From an uncultured Alphaproteobacteria bacterium (lineage in GTDB: Bacteria > Pseudomonadota > Alphaproteobacteria > Rhizobiales > Xanthobacteraceae), in the NCBI GenBank assembly GCA_963817815.1, contig CAWFPY010000009.1, positions 172,045 to 236,044 on the forward strand: a DNA stretch of 64,000 bases, in the 5' to 3' direction. The notes beneath the pieces were generated by a model. The model saw only the letters and a list, made by a program, of their open reading frames with translations, ran no database searches and was not told the origin of the DNA. The first letter of the stretch is position 1. Every line of letters starts with the position of its first letter. Below, piece after piece: positions 47,978-57,471 of this stretch. The position numbers and the translations under genes were made by a program.

Positions 47978-48367
47978 ATGGGCGAGACCATGGCGCCGAT
48001 TTCGGTTTTGCTGGTCGAAGATGAAGTGCTGATCAGCAATCTCGTTGCCGATTGCCTGACCGCATCCGGTTTTGCGGTCCACGAAGTGACCACCGCCGAT
48101 GAAGCGCTGCGCTACATCGATTCTGGCGCCAACATCGATGTGCTGTTCACCGACGTCAATTTGCCCGGCGGGATGGACGGCGCTGAACTGGCAACACGTG
48201 CGCGCGAACGCCGCCCGGAAATGCCGATCGTTTACGCTTCAGGACGTTTCAAGCTGTCCGACATTGCGCCGTTGGTGCCGCGCTCATTGTTCATGGCCAA
48301 GCCCTACGACCCGGCCGATGTCTGCGCGCTACTGACGCGGCTCACGGCGGCGGGGACGCGAAACTAA
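47978..48367 (+). CDS. Single-domain response regulator (receiver only)
   Basis: GGGGAGAAGG before ATG 47978. ISVLLVEDEVLI, phospho-acceptor region DVLFTDVNLPGGMDG, and conserved K in FMAKPY. No output domain. Confidence 0.85.
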   Translation: MGETMAPISVLLVEDEVLISNLVADCLTASGFAVHEVTTADEALRYIDSGANIDVLFTDVNLPGGMDGAELATRARERRPEMPIVYASGRFKLSDIAPLVPRSLFMAKPYDPADVCALLTRLTAAGTRN

Positions 48368-48425
48368 GGCTCCGCGCTCAAGGCTCCGACCAAGGCTCCG
48401 CCTAAGGCTCCGAGCCTAAGGCTCC
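48364..48425. repeat. Five-copy array of AAGGCTCC(G) with 12-14 bp period
   Basis: Copies start at 48366, 48380, 48392, 48404 and 48418 (ctAAGGCTCCgcg ctcAAGGCTCCgac cAAGGCTCCgcc tAAGGCTCCgagcct AAGGCTCCatg). The first overlaps the response-regulator stop codon. The last encodes the accC C-terminus and stop. Confidence 0.7.
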
Positions 48426-49768
48426 ATGCCGCCGCGGGCGAGGAACTGTTCAAGCCAGTGAATGTGATAGTTGCCGTCGATGATGTCCTTTTCGCGCACC
48501 AGCGCGCGGAACAGCGGCAGGGTCGTCTCGATGCCGTCGACCACCACTTCGTCGAGCGCGCGTTTCAGCCGCATCAGGCATTCGGTGCGGGTCTTGCCGT
48601 GCACGATCAGCTTGCCGACGAGCGAATCGTAATAGGGCGGTATCGTGTAACCCTGATAGACGGCGCTATCGATGCGCACGCCAAGGCCGCCGGGCGGGTG
48701 ATAGTGCAGGATCTTGCCGGGCGATGGCCGAAAGGACACCGGGTTCTCTGCGTTGATGCGGCACTCGATGGCGTGACCGTGAAAGCGTACGTCGGATTGC
48801 TTGAGTGAAAGCTCGGAACCGGCGGCAACGCGGATCTGCTCGAAGATCAGGTCGATGTCGGTGATCATTTCGGTCACCGGATGCTCGACCTGAATGCGCG
48901 TGTTCATCTCAATGAAATAGAACTTTCCGTCTTCGTACAGGAATTCGACGGTCCCGACGCCGAGATAGGAAATCTCGCGCATCGCTTTCGCCACCGTCTC
49001 TCCGATGGCGTCGCGGGCGGCCGCATTGAGGGCAGGCGAGGGGCTTTCCTCGAGCACCTTCTGGTGGCGGCGCTGTAACGAGCAGTCGCGTTCGCCGAGA
49101 TGGATGGCGTGGCCCTTGCCGTCGCCGAGCACCTGGATTTCGATATGGCGCGGGCGTTCCAGGTATTTTTCAATATAGACGGCGTCATCGCCAAAGGCTG
49201 CTTTCGCCTCGGAGCGCGCCGTCGAAAGCGCGGTCGAAAGCTCGCCGGCCGACCGCGCGACCTTCATGCCGCGCCCGCCGCCGCCTGCGGCGGCCTTGAT
49301 CAGCACCGGATAGCCAATGTCGGCGGCAATCTTGGTCGCCTCGGCGTCAGACGTGACCCCGCCTTCCGATCCCGGCACGACCGGAATGCCGAGCTTCTTG
49401 GCGGTGCGTTTGGCTTCGATCTTGTCGCCCATCAGCCGGATGTGTTCGGCCTTCGGCCCGATGAATTGCACGCCGTGGTCGGCGAGGATCTCGGCAAAGC
49501 GTGCGTTCTCCGACAGAAACCCGTAGCCCGGATGCACGGCGTCGGCGCCGGTGATTTCGCAGGCCGACAGAATGGCGGGAATGTTGAGGTAGCTGTCCTT
49601 CGCTGCCGGCGGGCCGATGCACACGCTCTCGTCGGCGAAGCGCACGTGCATGGCGTCCGCATCGGCGGTGGAATGCACCGCCACGGTCGGAATGCCGAGC
49701 TCCTTGCACGCGCGCAGCACGCGCAAGGCGATTTCACCGCGATTGGCGATCAGGATTTTATCGAACAT
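48416..49768 (-). CDS. accC: Biotin carboxylase subunit of acetyl-CoA carboxylase
   Basis: [26 protein letters not shown]...[10 protein letters not shown]...GGGGRGM...[17 protein letters not shown] 49768 chosen. Confidence 0.95.
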   Translation of the reverse strand: MFDKILIANRGEIALRVLRACKELGIPTVAVHSTADADAMHVRFADESVCIGPPAAKDSYLNIPAILSACEITGADAVHPGYGFLSENARFAEILADHGVQFIGPKAEHIRLMGDKIEAKRTAKKLGIPVVPGSEGGVTSDAEATKIAADIGYPVLIKAAAGGGGRGMKVARSAGELSTALSTARSEAKAAFGDDAVYIEKYLERPRHIEIQVLGDGKGHAIHLGERDCSLQRRHQKVLEESPSPALNAAARDAIGETVAKAMREISYLGVGTVEFLYEDGKFYFIEMNTRIQVEHPVTEMITDIDLIFEQIRVAAGSELSLKQSDVRFHGHAIECRINAENPVSFRPSPGKILHYHPPGGLGVRIDSAVYQGYTIPPYYDSLVGKLIVHGKTRTECLMRLKRALDEVVVDGIETTLPLFRALVREKDIIDGNYHIHWLEQFLARGGMEP

Positions 49769-49786
49769 GCACTTGCGCCCTTGATC

Positions 49787-49875
49787 CGTCACCCTGAGGT
49801 GCGAGCGAAGCGAGCCTCGAAGGGTGGCGGCCGGTCATCCTTCGAGGGCCGCTTCGCGGCCTCCTCAGGATGACG
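49787..49875. repeat. 89-bp REP-like palindromic element inside the accB-accC spacer
   Basis: cgtcaccctgagg...gcgaagcgagcctcgaaggg...ccttcgagggccgcttcgc...cctcaggatgacg, with nested inverted repeats. It occupies most of the 132-bp gap between the accB stop and the accC start. Confidence 0.7.
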
Positions 49876-49900
49876 GAGAGAAGTCTGCGGATAACTCCGC

Positions 49901-50359
49901 TCACTCAACAATCACCAACGGCTCGCCGAACTCGACCGGCTGGCCGTCTTCAAACAAGATCTGGATCACGGTGCCGGCGCGCGGGGCGGGAATCTGGTTC
50001 ATGGTTTTCATCGCTTCGATGATCAGCAACGTGTCGCCTGCTTTGACCTTGCTGCCGATTTCGATGAAGGGCTTGGCGCCGGGTTCGGGGGCGCCATAAG
50101 CGGTGCCAACCATCGGAGAAATGACCACGCCGGGGTGCTTGGATAAATCAAGTGGCACGACTGCGGCGTCGGCGGGCGGTTGCGGTGCCACTTCGACCCG
50201 CACAGCCGCCGGCGCGGCGGCAGCGGTCGCGGCGCGCGCGACGCGCACGCGTTTTCCGTCCTGCTCGATTTCGATTTCGGTCAGCCCGGTTTCATCCAAA
50301 AGCTTCGTAAGCTCTTCGATCAACTCGCGGTCGACAATGGTCTTTGTGGGCTTTGCCAT
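49901..50359 (-). CDS. accB: Biotin carboxyl carrier protein
   Basis: 152 aa. Ala/Pro linker and biotinylation motif [19 protein letters not shown]. Confidence 0.9.
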   Translation of the reverse strand: MAKPTKTIVDRELIEELTKLLDETGLTEIEIEQDGKRVRVARAATAAAAPAAVRVEVAPQPPADAAVVPLDLSKHPGVVISPMVGTAYGAPEPGAKPFIEIGSKVKAGDTLLIIEAMKTMNQIPAPRAGTVIQILFEDGQPVEFGEPLVIVE

Positions 50360-50369
50360 TGGCCGGCGC

Positions 50370-50831
50370 TCAATCTTTTGCCTTGGCGCCAGTCAGGCCG
50401 GCGAGCCCGGTGATCGCCAGCGCATAACCGTCGATGCCGAACCCGGCGATGACAGCCTTCGCAGCCTTCGAGACATATGAATTATGCCGGAAGGCTTCGC
50501 GCTGATGGATATTGGTCATGTGGATTTCGACCGTCGGCACCGTCGCTTGCACAGCGAGCAGGGCATCCATGATGGCAATTGATGTGGTGGTGTAACCGGC
50601 GGGGTTCATGACAATGCCCACCGCCTTCTTGGCATGCGCTTCCTGGATATAGTCGACCAGCTCGCCTTCCTTGTTCGATTGGCGGCAGACGACGTCGAGT
50701 CCGAAGCGCGCGGCGGTGTCGCGGCAAAGCTTTTCCACGTCGGCAAGGGTTGCGTGACCGTACTTTTCCGGCTCGCGCGTGCCAAGCAGGTTCATATTCG
50801 GTCCATTGAGGACGTAAATTGTCTTTGCCAT
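50370..50831 (-). CDS. aroQ: Type II 3-dehydroquinate dehydratase
   Basis: [22 protein letters not shown]...[19 protein letters not shown]...[16 protein letters not shown]. Confidence 0.9.
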   Translation of the reverse strand: MAKTIYVLNGPNMNLLGTREPEKYGHATLADVEKLCRDTAARFGLDVVCRQSNKEGELVDYIQEAHAKKAVGIVMNPAGYTTTSIAIMDALLAVQATVPTVEIHMTNIHQREAFRHNSYVSKAAKAVIAGFGIDGYALAITGLAGLTGAKAKD

Positions 50832-50925
50832 GGGTCCCCGTCCGGAGCGCGCTTGCGAGCGCGTGGAACTGTCGGGCTTTATAGGTGGCCGCGGCGTTTA
50901 GGGGAAGCCCGGATCGCATTCGGAC

Positions 50926-52071
50926 TCAGGATTTGCAGATTGAGGATTTGGCGCTGCCCAGAGCCTGAGTTTCGGCTGCCGCCCAATCAACCACCTCCTT
51001 GAGCGCCGTTAACCTTCTGCGGCCGGATTCGCGCGCCTTGCCGAAGATTTCGATCTGGCGGTCGGCGCTGGTGCCTTGCGCGGCGATGGAGTGAAGATGT
51101 CTGATCTCGCCCGCACATTCGAGCGCCTCGATATCTTCGGCGATGAAATCAATCACCTGGTCGAGCCACTGCACGAGCGTGAGCGGCGAACGCGAAAACG
51201 GCTCGATAAAAGTTGCGGCAATGCCGTAGCGCTGGGCATGCCATTTATTTTCCTGCGTGATGGCGCGGCCGACGCGATCAAAACCGGCGTTGAGTGCACG
51301 GTCGCGATCGAGCGCGCGCACCAGACAGCGGAACAGCGCGGCAATGCCCACGGCATCGTCGAGCCGCGTGCAGCTGTCGGCAACGCGCAGTTCGATGGTC
51401 GGGTTGTTGAGGGAGGGCCGCACCGCCCACCAGATATAGCTCGCATCCGGAATGATTTTTGCCCAGGTCAGCGCTGCGACGAATTCTCGATAGTCGTCAT
51501 TGGTGCGAAAGAGTTCGGGCAGCCCGGTGCGCGGCAGCTCATCGTATGCCGCAAGCCGGTAGCCGACGAGACCGGTCAGGTGGCCTTGCCAGAATGGCGA
51601 CGAGGTCGATAGCGCGAGCAGCAGCGGAAGATAGGCCGTCAGCCGCATGATCAAGTTGATGCGAGTGTCGATGTCCGGCACCGCGACATGCACGTGCATT
51701 CCGCACAGCATGTTACGGTAGCCGATCATCTGAAGGTCATCCATGATGGGGGCGTAGCGCGCCTTGCGGGTCATCACCTGCTCCGGCCAATACGCGAGCG
51801 GAAACGTGCCCATGGCCGCAAGGCCAAGTTTATGCTCGGACGCCGCTTGCCCGAGCGTCCGGCGATAGTGCGAGAGGTGTTCGCGCGCTTCCTTCATGCT
51901 GGCGCAAGGCGGTGTAGCGACCTCGATCTGCGACTGCAGCATTTCGGTCATGACGCGGTCGCCAAGCTGCTTTTGCGCGCGCGCGAGGAATTTCTTGTTC
52001 GCGCGGCGCACCGCGTGGCGCGTCTTCGCGTCGAACACGAAATATTCCTCTTCCATGCCCACCGTATACAT
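50926..52071 (-). CDS. Carboxylate-amine ligase (YbdK / glutamate-cysteine ligase family 2)
   Basis: VGMEEEYFVFD...SQIEVATPPC...CGMHVHVAVPD...TSSPFWQG are GCS2 motifs. Confidence 0.85.
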   Translation of the reverse strand: MYTVGMEEEYFVFDAKTRHAVRRANKKFLARAQKQLGDRVMTEMLQSQIEVATPPCASMKEAREHLSHYRRTLGQAASEHKLGLAAMGTFPLAYWPEQVMTRKARYAPIMDDLQMIGYRNMLCGMHVHVAVPDIDTRINLIMRLTAYLPLLLALSTSSPFWQGHLTGLVGYRLAAYDELPRTGLPELFRTNDDYREFVAALTWAKIIPDASYIWWAVRPSLNNPTIELRVADSCTRLDDAVGIAALFRCLVRALDRDRALNAGFDRVGRAITQENKWHAQRYGIAATFIEPFSRSPLTLVQWLDQVIDFIAEDIEALECAGEIRHLHSIAAQGTSADRQIEIFGKARESGRRRLTALKEVVDWAAAETQALGSAKSSICKS

Positions 52072-52282
52072 GCGCGCAACAACCTCTGGAGCGGTCCCCG
52101 GTTCCCTTGCAGTGTCCCTCGGCGTTCAGCAAAGCGCGGTGCGTCGGTCGACGAGCCGCGAAAAGGCAGGCGACCCCGACTATTAAGGGATTATTTTACA
52201 GTTTGCTATGGAATCCAGGTGCACGTCGCGCGCGCACCTCTTGCGCGGAATGTGAAGAATCGCCCCCAATACCACTCGTGAA

Positions 52283-53845
52283 ATGGCTTTCCTCAATTCA
52301 TATGCCGTGCGCGGAATGTCATTGGACCGCTCCGAAAATCTGATCGCAAAAATCGTCTTCGCGGTTTTGCTCGTCGTCTCGCTCAGCCCGCTGCTGTTCG
52401 TGGCGATCCCGGCCATGGTCGACTATCCCAACCATCTCGCGCGTATGTACATCCTCGCGAGCGCCGGAACGCCCTCGGCTAATCCTTTTTACCAGACGGC
52501 ATGGGCGCTCTACCCGAATTTGGCGATGGATCTGGTGATCCCGCAGATGGCGCGGGTCACCGGCGTTGAAAACGCGACCCGGCTTTTTCTGCTGCTGAGC
52601 GAGCTTTTGCTGGTGAGCGGTACCATGGCCATCGAGTGGGTGGTGAAGGGACGCATCCAGCTCTCCGCCGCTGTGGCGTTGATGTTCCTGTACGCCTTAC
52701 CGTTTACCTGGGGGTTCCTGAATTTTGAATTTGGGCTCGCTGTGGCGCTGTGGGGCATTGCCTTTGGCATTCTGGTGTTCGAGCGATCATGGGCGAGCCG
52801 CCTCGCTGTCAACGCGATCTTTGTTGCCGTGCTGTTCGCCTCTCATTTCTTCGCGCTCGGCGTCTACGGGTTGACGCTCGGCATCCTCGAGCTGTGGCGA
52901 GCCTGGGAGAAGAAAGCGCCTTACAGCGAAACGGCGATGCGCCTGGTCGTACTCGCGATCCCTGCGGCAATCCTGCTCGCCGTCATGAAGTTGACGGGCG
53001 GAGCGGTTGGCGGCGGAGAGAATGACTGGCACTTCCAGTTCAAGGCGCTGTGGCCCTACATCATTATGAACGGTTACAGCACGGTGGTGTCGGCGGTGAC
53101 GACCGTGCTGCTGATCGGCTTTCTCTATGTCGCCGGCAAACGCGGCCTGCTCAAGATCCAGCCGGCGGGGATTTGTCTTACCGCCGGATTTTTTGCGCTT
53201 TATCTCGCGATCCCGTCCCAGCTTCTCGGCACAGCCTTCGTTGATCTGCGGATGATCGTCGCGGCGGCCCTGATCGTGCCGGCCTATTGCTCGCTGTCTC
53301 TGCCGGACCGGCAGTGGAAGCTCGCCGCACTTGCTTGCGTCATCGCCGTGACGCTTCCGAATCTTGCTGTCGTATACAAGGTCTGGCTGTCATACCGCGC
53401 GGACTATGCGGACATGATCCAGTCCTTCGACAAGCTCAAGAAAGGTTCACGCGTACTGGTCGGCGGCAGCAGAGTTGGCGACGATCCGCCGCTCGACGAC
53501 CTGACGACCTATCCGATCAGCCATGGGCCGACGCTGGCTGTTCACTACGCCGATGCTTTCGTCACGGACCTGTTCACGTCGGCGGGTAAGCAGCCGATCC
53601 GACCGCGCCCGGCCTTCGAACGGATTGATGACGGAGCAGCGGGTCCGGTGCCGCTCTTCATCCTGACCGCGATCGCGTCCGGAAAGACGTCCGATGCTTT
53701 GCCGGTCTATATCCGGTCTTGGCCGCGCGACTTCGATTATCTCTATTTGCTCGGACCGCACGTCGACAACCCGCTGCCCAATCTGCTGGACGAGCTCGTC
53801 GTCTCGCGGCGCTTCGTTCTCTATAAAATTCGCCGCGCCCCTTGA
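52283..53845 (+). CDS. Large polytopic membrane protein of unknown function
   Basis: 520 aa, with ~10-12 hydrophobic segments in the first 380 aa followed by a soluble C-terminal domain. No motif I can name. Confidence 0.55.
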   Translation: MAFLNSYAVRGMSLDRSENLIAKIVFAVLLVVSLSPLLFVAIPAMVDYPNHLARMYILASAGTPSANPFYQTAWALYPNLAMDLVIPQMARVTGVENATRLFLLLSELLLVSGTMAIEWVVKGRIQLSAAVALMFLYALPFTWGFLNFEFGLAVALWGIAFGILVFERSWASRLAVNAIFVAVLFASHFFALGVYGLTLGILELWRAWEKKAPYSETAMRLVVLAIPAAILLAVMKLTGGAVGGGENDWHFQFKALWPYIIMNGYSTVVSAVTTVLLIGFLYVAGKRGLLKIQPAGICLTAGFFALYLAIPSQLLGTAFVDLRMIVAAALIVPAYCSLSLPDRQWKLAALACVIAVTLPNLAVVYKVWLSYRADYADMIQSFDKLKKGSRVLVGGSRVGDDPPLDDLTTYPISHGPTLAVHYADAFVTDLFTSAGKQPIRPRPAFERIDDGAAGPVPLFILTAIASGKTSDALPVYIRSWPRDFDYLYLLGPHVDNPLPNLLDELVVSRRFVLYKIRRAP

Positions 53846-53891
53846 GGGACGCGGCGAAGTCACTTTTCAAACCTGGAATAGAGCGCGCGGT

Positions 53892-54662
53892 CTAGCAGCT
53901 CGGCTTGCCGCAACGCGAGTTGTTGACCTTTTCCTTGAGCGCGTCGATGCCGACGGCGCCGATCACGACGTCGTCGCCAATCACATAGCTCGGCGTTCCG
54001 TTGAGGCCGAGCGCTTCAGCGAGCTTGAAGCTTTCTTCCAGCGTGGCCTTCACTTCGGGGCTCTCAATGTCCTTGTCGAGCCGGCCCATGTCGAGGCCGA
54101 TGTCCTTGGCGACCGCGAGCGCGTGGGCCTTGTCGGCCTGGCCGCGGCCGCCGAGCAGCTTCTGGTGGAATTCGAGATATTTCTTGCCGGTTTTGTCCTG
54201 CATGCGCACGGCAACCGCGACGCGGGCAGCTTCCACCGAGCCGGGGCCGAGCACCGGGAATTCCTTGAGCACGACCTTGAGCTTGGGATCGTTCTTCAGG
54301 AGCGTGAGCATGTCGTCCATGGCGCGCTTGCAGTAACCGCAGTTGTAATCGAAGAATTCAACAAAGGTGACGTTGCCGGCCGGATTGCCGAGCACCACCT
54401 GGCGTGGCGAGCTGAACAAGGCCTGCGAATATTGCTTGACCGCGGCCTTGTGCTTTTCGGATTCAGCCGCGCTCTGGCGCTTTTCGAGTTCGGCCATCGC
54501 CTCCTGAAGCACTTCGGGGTGTGCGACGAGATATTCGCGTACGATGCGTTCGATCTCGCCACGCTGCGGACCGGAGAATTCGTCGGCGCGTGAGATCTGC
54601 GGCGCCGTGATCGCCAGCAACGCCACACTGGCGGCGGTAAGGAAGCGTGAGAACGAGGTCAT
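53892..54662 (-). CDS. DsbA-family thiol:disulfide oxidoreductase (periplasmic)
   Basis: ATG 54662. Signal MTSFSRFLTAASVALLAITAPQISRA. Active site FFDYNCGYCKR. C-terminal GTPSYVIGD. Confidence 0.85.
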   Translation of the reverse strand: MTSFSRFLTAASVALLAITAPQISRADEFSGPQRGEIERIVREYLVAHPEVLQEAMAELEKRQSAAESEKHKAAVKQYSQALFSSPRQVVLGNPAGNVTFVEFFDYNCGYCKRAMDDMLTLLKNDPKLKVVLKEFPVLGPGSVEAARVAVAVRMQDKTGKKYLEFHQKLLGGRGQADKAHALAVAKDIGLDMGRLDKDIESPEVKATLEESFKLAEALGLNGTPSYVIGDDVVIGAVGIDALKEKVNNSRCGKPSC

Positions 54663-54679
54663 AAGTTTTGTCCTTGTGA

Positions 54680-56110
54680 CTATTGAATACCGGCGTTTGA
54701 GTTTGGTGGTTTGACGTTGACGATGTCGTCTGCACGAACCCAGGCGGGCGAGCCGATGGGTAACCAAGTCTTGGCGCGCGTCGCAAGCTGGCGTGCAGTC
54801 TTGATATCGCCGCGCGTAAAGGCGGCTTGCGCCGATGCGAGGTCGGCATTGGCGAGGTCGCCCTTGCGGCCATAGGCCATGGCCAATTGTGAGTAGGCCT
54901 CCGGCGCTTCAGGTTCGCGGGAGATCGCTGTGCGCAGGAGACCCACCGCTTCTTCGGCGAGCTTCGGATTGTTGGTGGCGTTGAGCGCCTGCGCGAGCAT
55001 GATTTCGATCAGCGGCGTGGCGTGCGAGAGCGCGACGGCCTGACGCAGCGGCGCGACTGCTTCCGCAGGCTTGCCGCCCTCGACCAAAGCCTGGCCTTTG
55101 AGTTCGTAGAAATAGGGATTGTTGGGCTGCACCTGGATCAGCCCGTCGATCTGCGTGAGCGCCTGCCGCAAGTCGCCGTGACGGTAGGTTGAGATGGCGC
55201 GGGCGTAGCGTGCGGGCAGGCTGTGGTCGCCCAGCGGGTAACGGTTCGCGACCGACTCCGGTCGTTCCAAGAAGCCGGAGAGCTTGGCGCGCATCAGGTC
55301 ATGCCGCAATTGCAGCTCGGGCAAATCCTTGCGGTCCCAATAAGGGCTCGATCGCGCGAGGGTCTCGAGCGCCGCGACCCGGTCAGCCGGCATGGGGTGG
55401 CTCTGCATGTACGGATCGATATAGCGAGAGTTGAACAATGCTTCGTTGGTTAGACGTTTAAACAGATCGACCATACCGCGCGGCGATTGACCTGTGGCAT
55501 TAAGAAATTTCACACCGGCGTGATCGGCCTGGTCTTCCTGTGTCCGCACATAAGCCAGCAACGACCGCATGATTGCGGCCTGCGGGGCCATGATCGCGGC
55601 CGCACCGACATTGCCGGACCCGCCGCTGCGCGCGCCCGCAACCGCCATGCCAATGCCGGCCATCAGTGCGATGATCGATGCGGTTTGCGCGGACGCTAAT
55701 TGCTCCCGGAGGCGCTGCAGATGGCCGCCCGCCAGATGTCCGGTTTCGTGCGCGAACACGCCGATGATTTCGTTCGGGGTCTTGGCATCGAACAACGCGC
55801 CGGCATTCACAAAGATGTGGCGGCCGTCCATGACGAAGGCGTTGAACGAACGGTCGCCGAGAACAACCACCCGCACGTTCTGCTTCGCAAGTCCGGCGGC
55901 GCGCAGGATCGGTTGGGCATAGTCGCGCAGCAGCTGTTCAATTTCGGCGTCACGGATCACCGGCAGGCCGCGCGTTGCGCTGTCTTGCGCGCGCGCGGGA
56001 ATAGTCGCCGGTCCGGCGGCGGCGCCGACGGCGATGGCAGTCAGCAACGCGATCGTGCGGACTGCTGGCGCCCTGCGCCGCGTCCTGATAGGTGTGCCGC
56101 TCAAGGACAT
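54680..56110 (-). CDS. M48-family metalloprotease with C-terminal TPR domain (BepA-like)
   Basis: HETGHLAGGH zinc motif. Signal peptide after ATG 56110 (a TTG at 56128 is also possible). TPR-like repeats in the C-terminal half. Lies 17 nt upstream of the DsbA-like gene. Confidence 0.85.
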   Translation of the reverse strand: MSLSGTPIRTRRRAPAVRTIALLTAIAVGAAAGPATIPARAQDSATRGLPVIRDAEIEQLLRDYAQPILRAAGLAKQNVRVVVLGDRSFNAFVMDGRHIFVNAGALFDAKTPNEIIGVFAHETGHLAGGHLQRLREQLASAQTASIIALMAGIGMAVAGARSGGSGNVGAAAIMAPQAAIMRSLLAYVRTQEDQADHAGVKFLNATGQSPRGMVDLFKRLTNEALFNSRYIDPYMQSHPMPADRVAALETLARSSPYWDRKDLPELQLRHDLMRAKLSGFLERPESVANRYPLGDHSLPARYARAISTYRHGDLRQALTQIDGLIQVQPNNPYFYELKGQALVEGGKPAEAVAPLRQAVALSHATPLIEIMLAQALNATNNPKLAEEAVGLLRTAISREPEAPEAYSQLAMAYGRKGDLANADLASAQAAFTRGDIKTARQLATRAKTWLPIGSPAWVRADDIVNVKPPNSNAGIQ

Positions 56111-56289
56111 GCGATTTTTTGGCCCCAAATGGCCATGTAACTACCGATTGGGCGTGAAACTAGTGACGCCCTACGGGGCGGTCAACGCGACACGCCTTCA
56201 CGACTGGGTCATGACAGCGCCGTTCGCAAACAATCCGGCGAATACGGCAGGAGCGGGGCGGGGGATTGAGGCCTAACGGGCCGGAAACG

Positions 56290-57471
56290 ATGCTTGAGGC
56301 GGCAAAACAGCTCTTGAAACCATCCAAACGCAGCGATGTTCCGCCGTTCATCGTTATGGACGTCATGGCGGCGGCGGCGCAGCGCGAGGCGCTGGGTGCG
56401 CGCGTCATTCACATGGAAGTCGGTCAGCCGGCGGCGCCCGCGCCGTCCACGGCCATCAAGGCGGCCCAGGCCGCGCTCGCGCATGGGCGGATCGGTTACA
56501 CTGAAACACTCGGCATCCCGTCGCTGCGGGCGCGGATCGCGCAGCATTACAAGGATACTTACGACCTTGTTCTCGATCCCGCGCGCGTGGTGGTGACGAC
56601 CGGGTCGTCCGGCGGTTTCGTGTTGGCGTTTCTGGCGTTGTTCGAGCCGGGCGACCGGGTGGCGCTCGCCAATCCCGGCTATCCGCCGTATCGGCACATT
56701 TTGTCCGCACTTGGTTGCGAACCGGTTCTGATCCAGACGTCAGAGGAGACGCGCTGGGCGTTGTCGGCGAAAGCGCTGATCGCGGAACACCGGCGCAAGC
56801 CGCTGCAAGGCGTGGTGGTTGCGAGCCCCGCCAATCCCACCGGCACCATGATGGATGCGGACACGCTCTCGCGGCTGATCGCGGTTGCCGAGGCCGAGGG
56901 CATTCGCGTGATCTCCGACGAGATCTATCACGGGCTCGATTACGCCTTTGCGGCGGAGACGGCGGCGAATGTGTCCGAACGTGCGCTCGTCATCAACTCG
57001 TTCTCGAAGTACTTCTGCATGACCGGATGGCGCGTCGGCTGGATGGTTGTTCCGGACAGTCTCGTCCGTTCGGTCGAGCGCTTGCAGGGCAATCTCGCGA
57101 TTTCGGTGCCGACATTGGCGCAATTCGCGGCGGAAGCGGCTTTCGACGGTCGTGAAGAAATGGAAACCGTCAAACATAGTTATGAAGAAAACCGTCGTCT
57201 CCTCACCGAAGGTTTGCCGAAGACGGGGATCGACAAATTTCTGCCTGTCGACGGTGCGTTCTATCTTTACGCGAACATCGCTCGCTTTTCCGACGACAGC
57301 CTGGATTTCGCAAAGCGCATGTTGAACGAAGCGGGCGTCGCGGCGACCCCTGGTATCGATTTCGATCCGATCGACGGCAAACATTTCCTGCGCTTCTGCT
57401 ACGCCGGTTCGGCGGCGGACATGCGCGAGGCCGTCGAGCGCATCGGCAACTGGCTTGCCAACAGACGCTAG
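56290..57471 (+). CDS. Class I/II pyridoxal-phosphate-dependent aminotransferase
   Basis: HMEVGQP...GYTETLGIPSLR...NPGYPPY...ASPANPTG...INSFSKYFCMTGWRVGW (PLP lysine motif SxSK). Confidence 0.85.
   Translation: MLEAAKQLLKPSKRSDVPPFIVMDVMAAAAQREALGARVIHMEVGQPAAPAPSTAIKAAQAALAHGRIGYTETLGIPSLRARIAQHYKDTYDLVLDPARVVVTTGSSGGFVLAFLALFEPGDRVALANPGYPPYRHILSALGCEPVLIQTSEETRWALSAKALIAEHRRKPLQGVVVASPANPTGTMMDADTLSRLIAVAEAEGIRVISDEIYHGLDYAFAAETAANVSERALVINSFSKYFCMTGWRVGWMVVPDSLVRSVERLQGNLAISVPTLAQFAAEAAFDGREEMETVKHSYEENRRLLTEGLPKTGIDKFLPVDGAFYLYANIARFSDDSLDFAKRMLNEAGVAATPGIDFDPIDGKHFLRFCYAGSAADMREAVERIGNWLANRR

Noticed and set aside
47206-48093. 295-aa minus-strand ORF overlapping aat and the response-regulator upstream region.
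   Set aside because: It is an alternative frame of the well-supported aat gene with Ser/Arg/Ala-rich sequence and no motifs.
48364-48425. The 5-copy repeat as a mini CRISPR array.
   Set aside because: The units are only 8-11 bp with 3-6 bp between them. They are not palindromic, there are no cas genes in the window, and the array overlaps two coding ends.
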